This document shows, one piece after another, positions 47,287 to 58,247 of a stretch of 64,000 bases of DNA. The notes under the pieces were generated by a model. It ran no database searches. It had not been told where the DNA came from and was given only the letters and a program-made list of their open reading frames with translations. This stretch comes from a virus. Every line of letters begins with the position of its first letter. Position 1 is the stretch's first letter. Location of the stretch: IMG/VR virus record IMGVR_UViG_3300028827_000100, positions 1-64,000 of that record; one strand, 5' to 3'. Made by a program: the position numbers and the translations under genes.

Positions 47287-48885
47287 ATGGAAAAAGAGCT
47301 TCTGTGGAAGATAGCATCCGCAAACAACAGACTTGCAGTTTTGAAGTTTGCAAGGGCCATCGTGTATGCAGACAGGAATGAAAAGGAAATAGACGAAACG
47401 CTCGTAAAGAAGATTGCAGATTCAGTTGACGCCGATGACATGGAAAAGTATGTGGATGAGTTTGTTTGCAAGGTTGCTGGAATCGGTGATGGCGATTGCA
47501 ACATGGCATCGGTTGAAATTGCAGATGATATGATACGAGAGGCTGTTAAAGGTATAAAGGAAGTGGAATCATTTTATCTTGGTGAATGGAGAACTTATCC
47601 GGTATTTACAATTGAGAGCATGAGAAGGGCATACGTAAACAACAGAGTTGTTGTTGCCAGCAATGAAGAAGAAATGCTCGACAGGTCTTTCAGGATAATT
47701 TCAAACATACTTGATGACGAAGAGGAGGCTTACAATCTCGTTAAGGCTGGAATTGGAGAGTTTTTGGCTGGTAGCAAAAAGAAGAAGGCTTTGAATGTTT
47801 CAAAGGGTGATGTTGTATGTTTGAATGAAAATCCCGATGTGTGTGGAAAGGTTGTGGACGGCCCCCTCAAGTTCAGGGGGAATATGTATATAATCAGGGA
47901 CAACTCCGGTAAAGAGTTGTCTCTTTATCCGAATGAATTTCATCTGAAGTCTATAGGTGTGGCCGCAAGTGTCAATCCATATCTCAATCTCAAAAAGGTT
48001 GTTGCGGATGCTAAAACTATATACGTTTCAGACAACGAAATAGCAGAGGTTGATGAAGGTGGCAGTGTTGTTGTAAGGGACAAACAGTCGGGCGAACAGA
48101 AGAGAGAAGAAAAATATGAGTCTGCACAGGAAGCTGTTAATCAGGTTACACAGAGCGGGTTTAAGCCTGTTTCTTACTACACCGGGAGTAAGCCTGATAT
48201 AGAGGTGTCAATAATACGTGCAAATAAGGCAGTCATATACGATTTGCGAAACGGGGATAAAAAGAGAAAAATACCTGTTTTTGCAAACAACGAATTTGAC
48301 CTCATACAGGCCATATATGACGAGACGGAAAAGTTGTGCAATTGTGGACTCAAGGCTTACAGGGTTATTGAAGCCGCTGTTAAAAAGTGGTCTGCTGAAA
48401 ATGGAGAGTCGGATGGATATGATCCATTACAGGACACAATAGACCCGATAACCGCCAATCAGGACGTTGTTCTTGATACCGCATGGATGATTTATGATGC
48501 CGGAAAGGAAGTGACGCCTAAAAACATTTTTGCTAAGGTTAAAGATTTTATAGGTATGAGTGACAGCGATTACAATTCTGAAATAGCAGAATCGATAAAA
48601 ATAGTTCTTGCGGATAATGGCTGGCAATCCCTGAAGCAGAAAGAGAAACAGGAGCAGAATGTTGAAAAGGTTGCTGCCGGATGGGAAAAGTTGCCGAAGG
48701 GGTGGACGGAAGAGTCTCTTAAAAAATTCTGGAACTCGTTGACTGGAAACGTGAAACACAAAACGAAAAAGTGTATAAGGAAGTTTGAAGGTATAGTTGA
48801 TGATCCCGGAGCTTTTTGTGCTTCCTTGAGAGATAGGGTAGAGGGGACTACAAAATGGAGGGGAAGTTCAACAGAAAACTCATAG
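47287..48885 (+). CDS. multi-domain head-associated protein
   Basis: between protease and scaffold; terminal WEKLPKGWT..S.KKFW...DPGAFCA domain. Confidence 0.6.
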   Translation: MEKELLWKIASANNRLAVLKFARAIVYADRNEKEIDETLVKKIADSVDADDMEKYVDEFVCKVAGIGDGDCNMASVEIADDMIREAVKGIKEVESFYLGEWRTYPVFTIESMRRAYVNNRVVVASNEEEMLDRSFRIISNILDDEEEAYNLVKAGIGEFLAGSKKKKALNVSKGDVVCLNENPDVCGKVVDGPLKFRGNMYIIRDNSGKELSLYPNEFHLKSIGVAASVNPYLNLKKVVADAKTIYVSDNEIAEVDEGGSVVVRDKQSGEQKREEKYESAQEAVNQVTQSGFKPVSYYTGSKPDIEVSIIRANKAVIYDLRNGDKKRKIPVFANNEFDLIQAIYDETEKLCNCGLKAYRVIEAAVKKWSAENGESDGYDPLQDTIDPITANQDVVLDTAWMIYDAGKEVTPKNIFAKVKDFIGMSDSDYNSEIAESIKIVLADNGWQSLKQKEKQEQNVEKVAAGWEKLPKGWTEESLKKFWNSLTGNVKHKTKKCIRKFEGIVDDPGAFCASLRDRVEGTTKWRGSSTENS

Positions 48886-48896
48886 GAGGAGAAACT

Positions 48897-49103
48897 ATGC
48901 CTAACAATTCCAAAGAGGTGGCAGATTTTATAGCAAGACTTGGAATGATGATAGCGGCGGGTACTGATTTGTCAACTTTGCAGTACCATACGTTGCAGGC
49001 TGTTAATCAGATGAACATGACTGGTATAGAAAAAATGCTTTTTATAAGCATGGTAAACAAGACACTCAAAAGCATGGGTGTCAGCGGAGAAATAAAGGTA
49101 TAG
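48897..49103 (+). CDS. small hypothetical protein
   Basis: AGGAGG RBS. Confidence 0.6.
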   Translation: MPNNSKEVADFIARLGMMIAAGTDLSTLQYHTLQAVNQMNMTGIEKMLFISMVNKTLKSMGVSGEIKV

Positions 49104-49206
49104 CAGGTTGTAAAGGCTGTTTGGTGCAAGGTGTGGTGAGTGGTATTTGGAGTAAGGGAAGTGGCAAAAGGCGACGGGTAATATATCAAAATCAAGGAGG
49201 AGTTGC

Positions 49207-50175
49207 ATGGATAGGCGACAGAAGATTAAAAGACTTGCAAGAATGTTGAGAATGCGTGCCGAAGCCAAAAGGAAGGGTGTGGCAGCATCTCCTGCAAGAA
49301 GAAAGGCTGCTCTGAAAAATGCAATTGCGAGAAAGAGAAAGTCGGTTGCAGGAAAAGCTCCGGCCATTACCGGTAGCAAAAAACTTGCGGTTCTGAAGAA
49401 GATAAACGAGCTGAAGAAGGAACTCCGCAAACGCAAACTTGCAAGAGCTGGCTCCACTTCCGCATTGAGTAAACGCAGGTTGAGAAAGCCGTCAGCACGT
49501 TCTCGTATTCTTTCCACGAACTTGAGGTCGAGGCTTCGCAGGAGAAGGGCTATAGAGGAGTCCAACAGCATCCTTGAGAGGGCAGATGACAACATCAACG
49601 AGGACACGATGAATAAGAATTATGGTATGCCCGCTCCGAAGCCAACGTTTGTTACGGGGCCACAGTTGAAGAAGCTCAAGGATGAACAGCTGAAGGATGC
49701 GCCTCCCACCCTTTTGGCAGAAGATGTCAGAGAATCTTTTAAGAGGGCAATTAAGATTGCTTACAAGAAGTTTGCAAAAAATCTTGAAGCAATCGGTCAT
49801 CCCCTCAAGGCATCTCTTTGGGAACACTTTGCCAACACTGGCAGGTTGAATCCCTCTGTCATAACGGCGGCTATTGACTCGGCATTTGAGGAGGCTGGAG
49901 ACGAGTTTCTCGAAATTCTCTTCAAGAGAGCGGAAGAAATTGCAGACTATTCACCCGAAACGATTGCTGAAATGGAAAGAGAGATTGAGTTGACGTGTCA
50001 GGTTACACCTACTGTTGAGCCGCCTGAAGAAGAGGAGGAGTTTGAAGAAGAAGAGAAAGAGGCTGAAGAAGTTGAGGAGAGACTCGTTGAAGGAAGTCTC
50101 AAAATACCAAGGAGTGCTACCAGCAAGAAAGCATCACTGCTTTCTATGGCAGTTCCATCTTACAACATCGAATAG
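49207..50175 (+). CDS. putative scaffold protein
   Basis: very basic N-terminal third, acidic C-terminus; upstream of capsid genes. Confidence 0.6.
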   Translation: MDRRQKIKRLARMLRMRAEAKRKGVAASPARRKAALKNAIARKRKSVAGKAPAITGSKKLAVLKKINELKKELRKRKLARAGSTSALSKRRLRKPSARSRILSTNLRSRLRRRRAIEESNSILERADDNINEDTMNKNYGMPAPKPTFVTGPQLKKLKDEQLKDAPPTLLAEDVRESFKRAIKIAYKKFAKNLEAIGHPLKASLWEHFANTGRLNPSVITAAIDSAFEEAGDEFLEILFKRAEEIADYSPETIAEMEREIELTCQVTPTVEPPEEEEEFEEEEKEAEEVEERLVEGSLKIPRSATSKKASLLSMAVPSYNIE

Positions 50176-50187
50176 GAGGATGTCACG

Positions 50188-50874
50188 ATGATAGACCTTA
50201 CAAGAAGCGTTTTTACTGTCAACCTTGGCATCCGTGACGTTGATCCGAACGCTCAAATTCTTCAGGGGCAGATAGTGGCCCTTGATACGGAAGGAAGGAT
50301 TACGCTTGCGGATGGAGTTGATGCTTATGGAGTTGCGAAATGGAACAAGGCGGATACTTTCTATTCACCTGTTGTGGATGAGTCCATACAGTTGAATGGA
50401 ACGACCCCTTCCAACCTTGACCATGCAAATATCAAGTCTGGTTCTGTCCGTGTTACAAGCTCGGATGGCTCTACTGTCTATGCCGAAACTACGGACTACA
50501 CGGTTAACTACACCAATGGTCAGATAACAAGGGTTGGTGCGGGAAATATCCCGGATGGAGCAACGGTTCTCGTCACTTACTCGTATCAGATGACGGAGTA
50601 CGAGTTGAAGGTTATTCGTGGTACGAATTACCAGAACGCAACGGACGACACACTCGGTAGTGGTAAGATGACTGTAGCACAGGATTTCTTTGAAATCTAC
50701 ACCGACCAGTACGACACTTCGCAGGGTTATACACCGGGTGATGTTTTGTATGTGGGTTCAGGTGCTACTGCCGGGCTTTTTACCACCGACAATGCCAGTG
50801 GTAAGGCTTACGGCATAGTGGTAAAAGCTCCTTCGGCATCCGATCCGTTGCTTGGAGTGCAAGTAGGAAGGTAG
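50188..50874 (+). CDS. head decoration / minor capsid protein
   Basis: I..GQIVAL...G.I..ADG; Y.PGD.LYV; inserted Ig-like DYTVNY.NG.ITR domain; directly before MCP. Confidence 0.65.
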   Translation: MIDLTRSVFTVNLGIRDVDPNAQILQGQIVALDTEGRITLADGVDAYGVAKWNKADTFYSPVVDESIQLNGTTPSNLDHANIKSGSVRVTSSDGSTVYAETTDYTVNYTNGQITRVGAGNIPDGATVLVTYSYQMTEYELKVIRGTNYQNATDDTLGSGKMTVAQDFFEIYTDQYDTSQGYTPGDVLYVGSGATAGLFTTDNASGKAYGIVVKAPSASDPLLGVQVGR

Positions 50875-50887
50875 GAGGTAAGAGAAT

Positions 50888-52051
50888 ATGAGAAATCCAT
50901 ATAAGAAGGCTAATAATGGCAAGGGAGTCAAGAGGACTGTTGGAGCTATAAAGAAGAGAAGAAGCGTTCCAAAGATTGCTTCAAGACTGGCAAGAAAAGA
51001 TTTGCGTACAAGGATGCTGGACGACAACAGGAACATCAATCCCATGTTGAGTACCGGCGAGAGAATGTTCAACAAGGAGGGTTCTCTCAACGCATATGAC
51101 AAGAGAGATGCTATTGCGATGATACACAGGCTGTTGAACGATACCCACCTTGGCAAGGTTCGTTCTGCATCCTATAGAAAGGAATCGGATTTGAAGCCTG
51201 AAGAAAGAAGGGAGATTCTCATTCAGGCATTTAAGTCCGATGATGGAATCAGAAAGTTGGGCGAGGAGTTGCTTGCTCCGATTAAGAACGTGCTCGACTA
51301 TGAAGGTTGGGCCAGAAAGATTCTCCGAATCAAGGAGATTGGTCAGGGTGAAATCCACAGGATTTCAAAAGACATTTATGTGGTCGCCTTCATCGTTGGG
51401 CAGGATGGTCAGAGTGTAAGTTCGCAGGCCTTCGGTTCTTACATCTACCCTTCAGAGTTCAAGGTTACGGCCTTTCCTGAAGTTGACATTCAGGACATCT
51501 ACCAGATGAATTTTGATGTTCTTGAACGTCAGCAGGATTTGGCGAAGCAGATGATTATGCTGAAGGAAGACAAGGCCCTCGTTTCTGCTCTCGATCAGGC
51601 GTCTACCGCAGTCAATGATGTTGTGTATTTCTCCACGTTCAACATTGGTACTTTCGAGGACATAAGGTATCAGGTTGAGCGTCACAGGTTGATAGTTGAC
51701 AAGTTCATCGTCAACAGGCAGGAGATAAACAACCTCATCAAGAATATGCACAACTATGTTGACATTGTGACGGAGCGTGAGCTGATACTCATGGGCTATA
51801 TCGGAAACGTGCTCGGTACACAGATTATCACTACTGCCGGAACGGGTGTTCAGGAAGTTGTTCCTGCTGGTAGCGTGTACGTTGTCACACAGGGTTCGTT
51901 CCTTGGTGAGATGGGAATCAGGCTCGACCTCCAGAGCGAACAGTACAACAAGTTCAATCAGCAGGAGACGAAGAAGGGTTGGATGTTCCTTGAGATAATC
52001 GATCAGGCTATCGCAAATCCAAGGTCGGTTGCAAAAGGCGTCCGCATATAG
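50888..52051 (+). CDS. major capsid protein (HK97-fold)
   Basis: PI...LDYEG..RK, F.V...P.V...DI...FDVLER.QD.AKQ.I...ED; followed by strong terminator. Confidence 0.85.
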   Translation: MRNPYKKANNGKGVKRTVGAIKKRRSVPKIASRLARKDLRTRMLDDNRNINPMLSTGERMFNKEGSLNAYDKRDAIAMIHRLLNDTHLGKVRSASYRKESDLKPEERREILIQAFKSDDGIRKLGEELLAPIKNVLDYEGWARKILRIKEIGQGEIHRISKDIYVVAFIVGQDGQSVSSQAFGSYIYPSEFKVTAFPEVDIQDIYQMNFDVLERQQDLAKQMIMLKEDKALVSALDQASTAVNDVVYFSTFNIGTFEDIRYQVERHRLIVDKFIVNRQEINNLIKNMHNYVDIVTERELILMGYIGNVLGTQIITTAGTGVQEVVPAGSVYVVTQGSFLGEMGIRLDLQSEQYNKFNQQETKKGWMFLEIIDQAIANPRSVAKGVRI

Positions 52052-52060
52052 CCTGCATGT

Positions 52061-52093
52061 GGCGGGGTACTGTATTGTACCCCGCCTATTTTT
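52061..52093 (+). terminator. intrinsic terminator after MCP
   Basis: GGCGGGGTAC-TGTATT-GTACCCCGCC-TATTTTT. Confidence 0.88.
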
Positions 52094-52113
52094 AATGGCA
52101 CGGGGGTGAGCAA

Positions 52114-52521
52114 GTGGTAAACAGGGTTTCATACAAGGAAACTGTAGGTGCTGGAGCAACAAAAACAATTGTTATTCCACCTGAAAATATAGAATTGAGG
52201 GATTTTACGTTTTTATCCTACCCTAATATTGCAATGACCGGGAATATAGATTTTGGTATTTATGATGAAATAGACGGGGTGATGTGGCACACGCTGAAAA
52301 GCGTGACTTTCACGAATGAAAAAAAGATTGCATTTTTCTCTCCGGAAGTTGATGGGAATTTTCCAAGAATGTTTCCTGCTACAAGGAAGGGGAACTTTGC
52401 AGGTTCAGACCTTGTAGTTGACGATAGATTCAGGCTTGCATGTCAGGTTGTAAATGGCGGGGCGGGAGATATAGAGATTGTTCTTCACTTCATGAAAATT
52501 TACAGTGATGCAGATTATTAA
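52114..52521 (+). CDS. hypothetical virion protein
   Basis: ORF after MCP. Confidence 0.6.
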   Translation: MVNRVSYKETVGAGATKTIVIPPENIELRDFTFLSYPNIAMTGNIDFGIYDEIDGVMWHTLKSVTFTNEKKIAFFSPEVDGNFPRMFPATRKGNFAGSDLVVDDRFRLACQVVNGGAGDIEIVLHFMKIYSDADY

Positions 52522-52538
52522 GGTGAAAGGAGGATGTA

Positions 52539-52769
52539 ATGGCAGAAAAGAAGAAATCTTATGTTGCAGACATTGAGGTTGTTCTCGATGCTGCCGAAAC
52601 AATATGTAAGCATATTGACAAAGCCGCTTCGAGAATTGAAAAACTGAAGAAGGTAGACCCTGTAGTTAAGCGCAACATACTGGAGCTGAAAAAGAGGTTG
52701 TATACGAAGTATCAGGTGCATTCAGTTGTCTCTGTTATAAGAGAGACTTTAGAAGCGATAAGAGATTAA
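52539..52769 (+). CDS. hypothetical protein
   Basis: AGGAGG RBS. Confidence 0.65.
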   Translation: MAEKKKSYVADIEVVLDAAETICKHIDKAASRIEKLKKVDPVVKRNILELKKRLYTKYQVHSVVSVIRETLEAIRD

Positions 52770-52799
52770 TCGCTTCCTTACCCCTCTCTCGTACCGCTC

Positions 52800-52833
52800 G
52801 GTGGGGTCTAAAAGACCCCACCACCTTTTTTTT
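52800..52833 (+). terminator. intrinsic terminator
   Basis: GGTGGGGTCT-AAA-AGACCCCACC followed by T8. Confidence 0.85.
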
Positions 52834-52883
52834 AGGGGAATGCCTGTTTTTAACGGGTAAAAGGAAAAAGGACGGAGGTTAAG

Positions 52884-53561
52884 GTGATGGACACGACAAG
52901 TTTCAGGGAAAGGGCAAGGATTAACATCGATCAGTATTTTAATCAGCAGGATTCTGTAATAGTTGTTAACAGAACGGAGCCGCTTGGAATTGTTTCAATT
53001 GCTTTGGGGGAAAAGGGCGATATGTCTTACACCCTTTTGAAGACAAGTGATCCAGTTGTGATAACGGATTATGTTCCGAAAAAACACGTTGTTGAGTCTG
53101 CAAATTTCAGAAGTATGGTACAGAGGGGTATAATAGAATTAATGACGCTTGACGAGTATGAAAAGTGGCTGGACGCAAATCCGGGCAGGGTTGAACAGAT
53201 AAGGAAGGAAATGAATATTTTAACGTCCCGTGCCACAATTTCAGATGAGACACCGGCTTCTCTTGAAGAAACGAGTGAGGCGGTGGACGAAAGCAACGCC
53301 AATATAAGCCCACGCATAATTCAGTTGATGCATGGTCTTGCGGCGGGAGATGAAAGGTCTCCTTCAGAAGAATCGGTTATTCAGGAATTGCAAAGCATGA
53401 ATATGTCACAGGAAGAAAAAGCATATGTTCTTACTCATGCTGTCGGGAAAGTGAAAAATTGGATAGTGGGAATTATATATGGCGAGGCCGCTGAAAGCAA
53501 AGAAGATGGTGAAGTGAAGAAAAAGAAAATAAAGAAGATAAAGAAGGTGAGAAGAAGTTAA
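52884..53561 (+). CDS. hypothetical head-associated protein
   Basis: ORF with GGAGG RBS. Confidence 0.7.
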   Translation: MMDTTSFRERARINIDQYFNQQDSVIVVNRTEPLGIVSIALGEKGDMSYTLLKTSDPVVITDYVPKKHVVESANFRSMVQRGIIELMTLDEYEKWLDANPGRVEQIRKEMNILTSRATISDETPASLEETSEAVDESNANISPRIIQLMHGLAAGDERSPSEESVIQELQSMNMSQEEKAYVLTHAVGKVKNWIVGIIYGEAAESKEDGEVKKKKIKKIKKVRRS

Positions 53562-53582
53562 AAGAGATTTGGGGGTGATTTA

Positions 53583-54422
53583 ATGATAGATGTTGGCTGT
53601 CCGAAGTTTGATATATTGAGAAACAATACCAACCTTGCAGGTATGCAGATGGGTTTTGTCAATTCTGAAACGAGATTGACGGTACAGGTTCTTGATGACA
53701 ACGGACAGCCGCATCAGCCCCCGGCTGGTGTTGAGCTGAAACTGTTTAATCAGGACGGGGGTGAGATAGAGACGAGTGGGCCTCCACAATATGATTCCAA
53801 CGGTCAATACTACTATTATGATTATACGCCTGAATTTGTTGGAACAACTTTGTTCAGATGGAAAAACAACGACAACAGTGACTACGGACTTCAAATGTTG
53901 TTGTCGATAGATGCGAAGATACAGTATTTTATGTTTTTGCTGAAAGGCATAATAGATAAATCCATGAAGGACAGTACGAAAACATATGGGTATACGGACG
54001 CTGATTTGTTTATGTACATAGTCAATGGTATAGCATACTTCAATGTTATACCGCCGCCGACCGCTTTTTACATTTCAAATATTCCCAATTATTTACAGGG
54101 GATAATAATAGATATTGCAACTTTGTTTGCCGTTCAGGCGCAAAGTATGTATGCAATAGACACGGACGTTATTTACAACGATCAGGGTATAAGCCTTACC
54201 ATAGACCATTTTAACAAACTTGGCTCTGTGTATAACAATTTGTATACAAGGGTTACTGAAAACGCAAAGAAAATAAAATGGACTATGATGAGGTCAAGAG
54301 CACTTGTTGCTTATAATCCACAAAGGTCGAGAGGTTTCATGTTTTCACAGATAGTAACGTCAGGATTCCCATTTATGGGAATTTATGGTGGTGTTGACGG
54401 CTCGATAATATTCAGGGGTTGA
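53583..54422 (+). CDS. putative head-tail adaptor
   Basis: position; FN..PP.T.F, Y.DQG.SL.ID. Confidence 0.6.
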   Translation: MIDVGCPKFDILRNNTNLAGMQMGFVNSETRLTVQVLDDNGQPHQPPAGVELKLFNQDGGEIETSGPPQYDSNGQYYYYDYTPEFVGTTLFRWKNNDNSDYGLQMLLSIDAKIQYFMFLLKGIIDKSMKDSTKTYGYTDADLFMYIVNGIAYFNVIPPPTAFYISNIPNYLQGIIIDIATLFAVQAQSMYAIDTDVIYNDQGISLTIDHFNKLGSVYNNLYTRVTENAKKIKWTMMRSRALVAYNPQRSRGFMFSQIVTSGFPFMGIYGGVDGSIIFRG

Positions 54423-54423
54423 T

Positions 54424-55320
54424 ATGGGACACAGACCTTTCAGAAACATAGACCCGTGCCCGTCTGAATCTACAAGTTGGTGGAGTGGGAAAGATACCCC
54501 ATCGATAAGAGACAGATTTTTGTCTTTTAATTCGTTTGACAAAATAAGAGGGATGCAGGAAGAGCTTTTAAATGCCGGTGGCAAAAAGTGCCATGTATGG
54601 TTTAGAGTTTATACGCATGGAAGCTGTACCTGTGTTGAAGAGGATGGGCAGGCAAAATCAAATCACCCTGTTTGTTATGGAACAGGTTTTATAGGTGGAT
54701 ATGAAAAGTATGGGTATGATACCTTTGTCGTTTACAGGAAAGATTCAAATACATTGAGGGTTGTAGGTGATGGTGTTGATGAGACAGTGCCGATATTGAG
54801 CAATCAGGTTGAGTTTGACTGGATTCAGGCAAAGGACGAATACGGTGGAGACGTTGAATACAAGCTGGAAGGTAAAAGGAGCAGGGCAACTGTTGAGTTT
54901 TCATCTAACGGAGTTGACTGGAGCGGAACGTTGACATTTCCAGTTCAGACAGGACAGTTTAAGGTCAGGATTACTTCCATAGATGGTTTTCTTGAGTCGT
55001 TGCGCTTCAGGGTCAAAAAGGTCGATGATGTTTTCATAAGGTTGTCGGAAAATCCTCCAAGAAGACTTGAACAATTGTTGCGGGAAGGTTTAATTCAGGA
55101 GCCTTTTGACATTAGGGCATGGACAATATCGAGAGATTTTATAATTACGAGTGGAGATATAATAGAGTGGATTGAGGGTGTGTGGACGGGAGAGAGATAC
55201 ATAGCCACAACATTAACACAGTCTCAATTTGTTTTGGATGCTGAACAGTCCTCATTTCTTACACAAATTCTCGGAATGAGAAAGATAAGGAGTGTTGAAC
55301 AATTGTACAGGGTGTGGTGA
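54424..55320 (+). CDS. putative head closure/neck protein
   Basis: C.C.....PVCYGTGF.GGY motif; position. Confidence 0.6.
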   Translation: MGHRPFRNIDPCPSESTSWWSGKDTPSIRDRFLSFNSFDKIRGMQEELLNAGGKKCHVWFRVYTHGSCTCVEEDGQAKSNHPVCYGTGFIGGYEKYGYDTFVVYRKDSNTLRVVGDGVDETVPILSNQVEFDWIQAKDEYGGDVEYKLEGKRSRATVEFSSNGVDWSGTLTFPVQTGQFKVRITSIDGFLESLRFRVKKVDDVFIRLSENPPRRLEQLLREGLIQEPFDIRAWTISRDFIITSGDIIEWIEGVWTGERYIATTLTQSQFVLDAEQSSFLTQILGMRKIRSVEQLYRVW

Positions 55321-55321
55321 A

Positions 55322-56197
55322 ATGTTCAAGTATGAAAGATTTATAGATGTTGCAGATGCAATAATAAAAAAAGATTTTGAGTATTGGTTTAACAATCTTG
55401 CCGCAGAAGATGTAACATTTGCTTATGAGTACATAAATCAGTATGACGATGGAAATTTTAAAATATCAAATATATTTGCTTCACAACAGGCAACATTGCC
55501 GTATGTGACATTTGAATTGAGAGACCTTTCGGAAAGCGTTGTGGATTTTAGCGGGAATATGCTTGGCAGAGTGGGTATAGTCGAATTTGATTTTGAAGGC
55601 CCCGTTTACAATCTTGACGGAGCCGTGTGGGCATTTACAAGTAAAAGGTATGGCAGGAAGTACGTGGTTGACTTTCCATCTGTTCTGTTTGATGATCCGA
55701 CAAGTGTTCCGCTTTCACATTTTACATCTGTTATATTGCCGCAGTTACCTGCTAATGCAATGTTGTTTGAGAACGGTGATACTGTAAAAATAATATTCGT
55801 GAATGATGTAATAACGGTTGAGTCTGATTTCCTTGGAGTTGTGGCGGGTGAATATGAGGGAGTGTGGCGTTCGTACAGACACAGAATTTACAATGCCAAT
55901 TTGCTCGTAAATATAGGTGCGGAGTCATACAAGACGAGAGAACAGCTTGAAGATATTGTATTGATATACTTCAAAAGGGTCAGGGATGAGAAAAGATCGC
56001 TTGGCTCTATTGAAGACATGGTTGTTGTAAACCTGTCTTCAGAGTTTAATATAACTGGAAGGAATGAAATATCTTTTGGGGCATCGGATATGTTAAGCCT
56101 TCTGTATTCTTCTTCCGTAAGCGGGAAAGTTATTATAGAAGGAACGGATATAGAAGGAGTTGAGTTGAAAAAGGTAACTGGTATAACACCACTGTAA
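55322..56197 (+). CDS. putative tail terminator
   Basis: directly upstream of sheath; N.GAES...RE.L.D.V. Confidence 0.55.
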   Translation: MFKYERFIDVADAIIKKDFEYWFNNLAAEDVTFAYEYINQYDDGNFKISNIFASQQATLPYVTFELRDLSESVVDFSGNMLGRVGIVEFDFEGPVYNLDGAVWAFTSKRYGRKYVVDFPSVLFDDPTSVPLSHFTSVILPQLPANAMLFENGDTVKIIFVNDVITVESDFLGVVAGEYEGVWRSYRHRIYNANLLVNIGAESYKTREQLEDIVLIYFKRVRDEKRSLGSIEDMVVVNLSSEFNITGRNEISFGASDMLSLLYSSSVSGKVIIEGTDIEGVELKKVTGITPL

Positions 56198-56209
56198 GGA
56201 GGTAAGAAA

Positions 56210-58222
56210 ATGCCATATGTAAAACCTGGAGTTTATATTCGACAGAAATATGTACCTACAAGTTCCACACCCGGCGTTTTTCTGATTCCGTGCATAATAG
56301 GAAAAGGTCTTGAAGACAAGAGGGTGTGGGGTGAAGAAATAGTGCGTGGTCAGATAAGGGAAACGATAACAGTCGATCCCAACACTGGAGCATTTACAAT
56401 ATCCGGTGGGCAGAGTGACCAGTTGAATCAGCACACCACCCTGATAAGAGATGGTGTTGACCTTGGGCATGATGCTGTTACATGGACGAGTGCTACAGGC
56501 GGTAATGTGAAGATGGAATATGTAATTGCCGGTTCAGTATATGAAATTGTCTATCTTGCCATTGATACAACATCGGACAAGCTGAACAACAATGCTAACA
56601 GGGTACATTTTGTGGCTTCAACGCCGGACGGTTCTTCTCAATATGAGAGAGGAGTTGACTATTCATGGTCTGAAAGTACACCGGATGAAATAGACTGGAG
56701 TATATTGCAGGAAGCAAAAATAATCGGCAATGCTGAAACTTACGACTTGTCTGCAAATGACACTGTGAAAATTTCCGTGGATGGCAAAACACCTATTGAG
56801 GTTACAATAGTTGGTGCAACTCAATCCGCAGTAACGGCGGCTGAAGTTGCGACAGCGATAAATGGAGCGGCACAGACGGCATGGGGGAGTGCTTACTCAA
56901 ATATAGCTGTTGACAATGCCGGGACGATAGAATTGCACAGTGTGCAAAAGGGGTTGAATGGCAGAATTAATCTGTACGTTCCTTCTGCAAACGATGCAAC
57001 ACAGATAATTTTCAATGTTACCGCTCCATCTTACGCAACCGGAACTGGTCAGATGCCAGCACTTGGTGAATCTTACTATGTGAGGTATGATTATGACAGG
57101 GATGATGTTGAATATAACAACATGACACTCTATTACAGTTATTCTGATGCTCTTGATGCCCTTGGCCCAATGAAGCCCGGAAATGATTTGCTGATAGCTG
57201 TTGAAAGTGCGTTTCAGAATGGTGCACCGATAGTTGGCGTCATACAGGTGAAGGATGCAGACGGAGACGGTCTGTATATGGATTCGGACTGGTTCACTGC
57301 AATAGACGAGCTTGACAATGCAAGGGAGGTTACAGACGTTGTTCTTCTGTCTCACGATCAGGAAGTTAAGGCGTATCTTGTCAGGAAGATAGAGGACAGG
57401 GCTTCACAGCTTGTGGGGCATCATATGGCTGGATGGTTTGGGATGCCAGCAAACAGCAACATTGGAAACATAGATACTCCCGATACTGCCATATATGTTT
57501 CGCAAAAAACCTTGCAGGTATCAGCACAGAGTCAGGGTAGGGGCAGGTATATCAATGTATTTGTTCTTACAACCGGCGATTATGATTTTTCTGGTATAAA
57601 CAAGGAGATAGTAGATACTGATTCGAGAGTGACATTTACAGTTACACTTGGGACTGAATATGTTGCCGCCGCACTTGCAGGGTTGCAGGCAAGTTTCAAT
57701 CCGATAAGTGAATCGCTGTTAAGGCGTTCAATAGTCGGGTTTGACACAAGCAATATAATAGAGCATGATACAAAAGCGTCGTATGCTACTGCAAATGGGG
57801 TGTTTGTTTTGCAGAACATCGGTGGAAGGCTTGTTGTGTTTGACCCTGTTACAACTGATACGGGTGGTGACGAAGTTTTTTCAGAGCCGAGCGTAAGAGT
57901 CCAGAAGGACTATCTTGCTGGAAGAATAAAAAACAGGCTTGACCAGTACGTTGTCAGTGTTGTGCCGGACAATCTTGACGATTTTCTTTTTGAAATAAAG
58001 TATCACATAGCAATAGAGATAAATGCCGCTATTGTTGGGAGGGCCATAGCACCGTATACAGACGACAACAACGTTGCAAGGCCACTTGACCTCGTTAGCG
58101 ACATAAAGGTTTACAAATTTCCTACCTCAAATACCGAATACGGGTTTGTGTACTGGTTTCAGCCGAGATGGGTTTCCAAGAAGATTTTTGGTGAGTATGT
58201 CGTTGCACAACCTTTAATGTAA
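56210..58222 (+). CDS. contractile tail sheath protein
   Basis: MPYVKPGVY start; AF.NGA; AAA.AG; GV.VL; 670 aa. Confidence 0.88.
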   Translation: MPYVKPGVYIRQKYVPTSSTPGVFLIPCIIGKGLEDKRVWGEEIVRGQIRETITVDPNTGAFTISGGQSDQLNQHTTLIRDGVDLGHDAVTWTSATGGNVKMEYVIAGSVYEIVYLAIDTTSDKLNNNANRVHFVASTPDGSSQYERGVDYSWSESTPDEIDWSILQEAKIIGNAETYDLSANDTVKISVDGKTPIEVTIVGATQSAVTAAEVATAINGAAQTAWGSAYSNIAVDNAGTIELHSVQKGLNGRINLYVPSANDATQIIFNVTAPSYATGTGQMPALGESYYVRYDYDRDDVEYNNMTLYYSYSDALDALGPMKPGNDLLIAVESAFQNGAPIVGVIQVKDADGDGLYMDSDWFTAIDELDNAREVTDVVLLSHDQEVKAYLVRKIEDRASQLVGHHMAGWFGMPANSNIGNIDTPDTAIYVSQKTLQVSAQSQGRGRYINVFVLTTGDYDFSGINKEIVDTDSRVTFTVTLGTEYVAAALAGLQASFNPISESLLRRSIVGFDTSNIIEHDTKASYATANGVFVLQNIGGRLVVFDPVTTDTGGDEVFSEPSVRVQKDYLAGRIKNRLDQYVVSVVPDNLDDFLFEIKYHIAIEINAAIVGRAIAPYTDDNNVARPLDLVSDIKVYKFPTSNTEYGFVYWFQPRWVSKKIFGEYVVAQPLM

Positions 58223-58247
58223 AAAATGAAACTGGAGGTATTGTACT

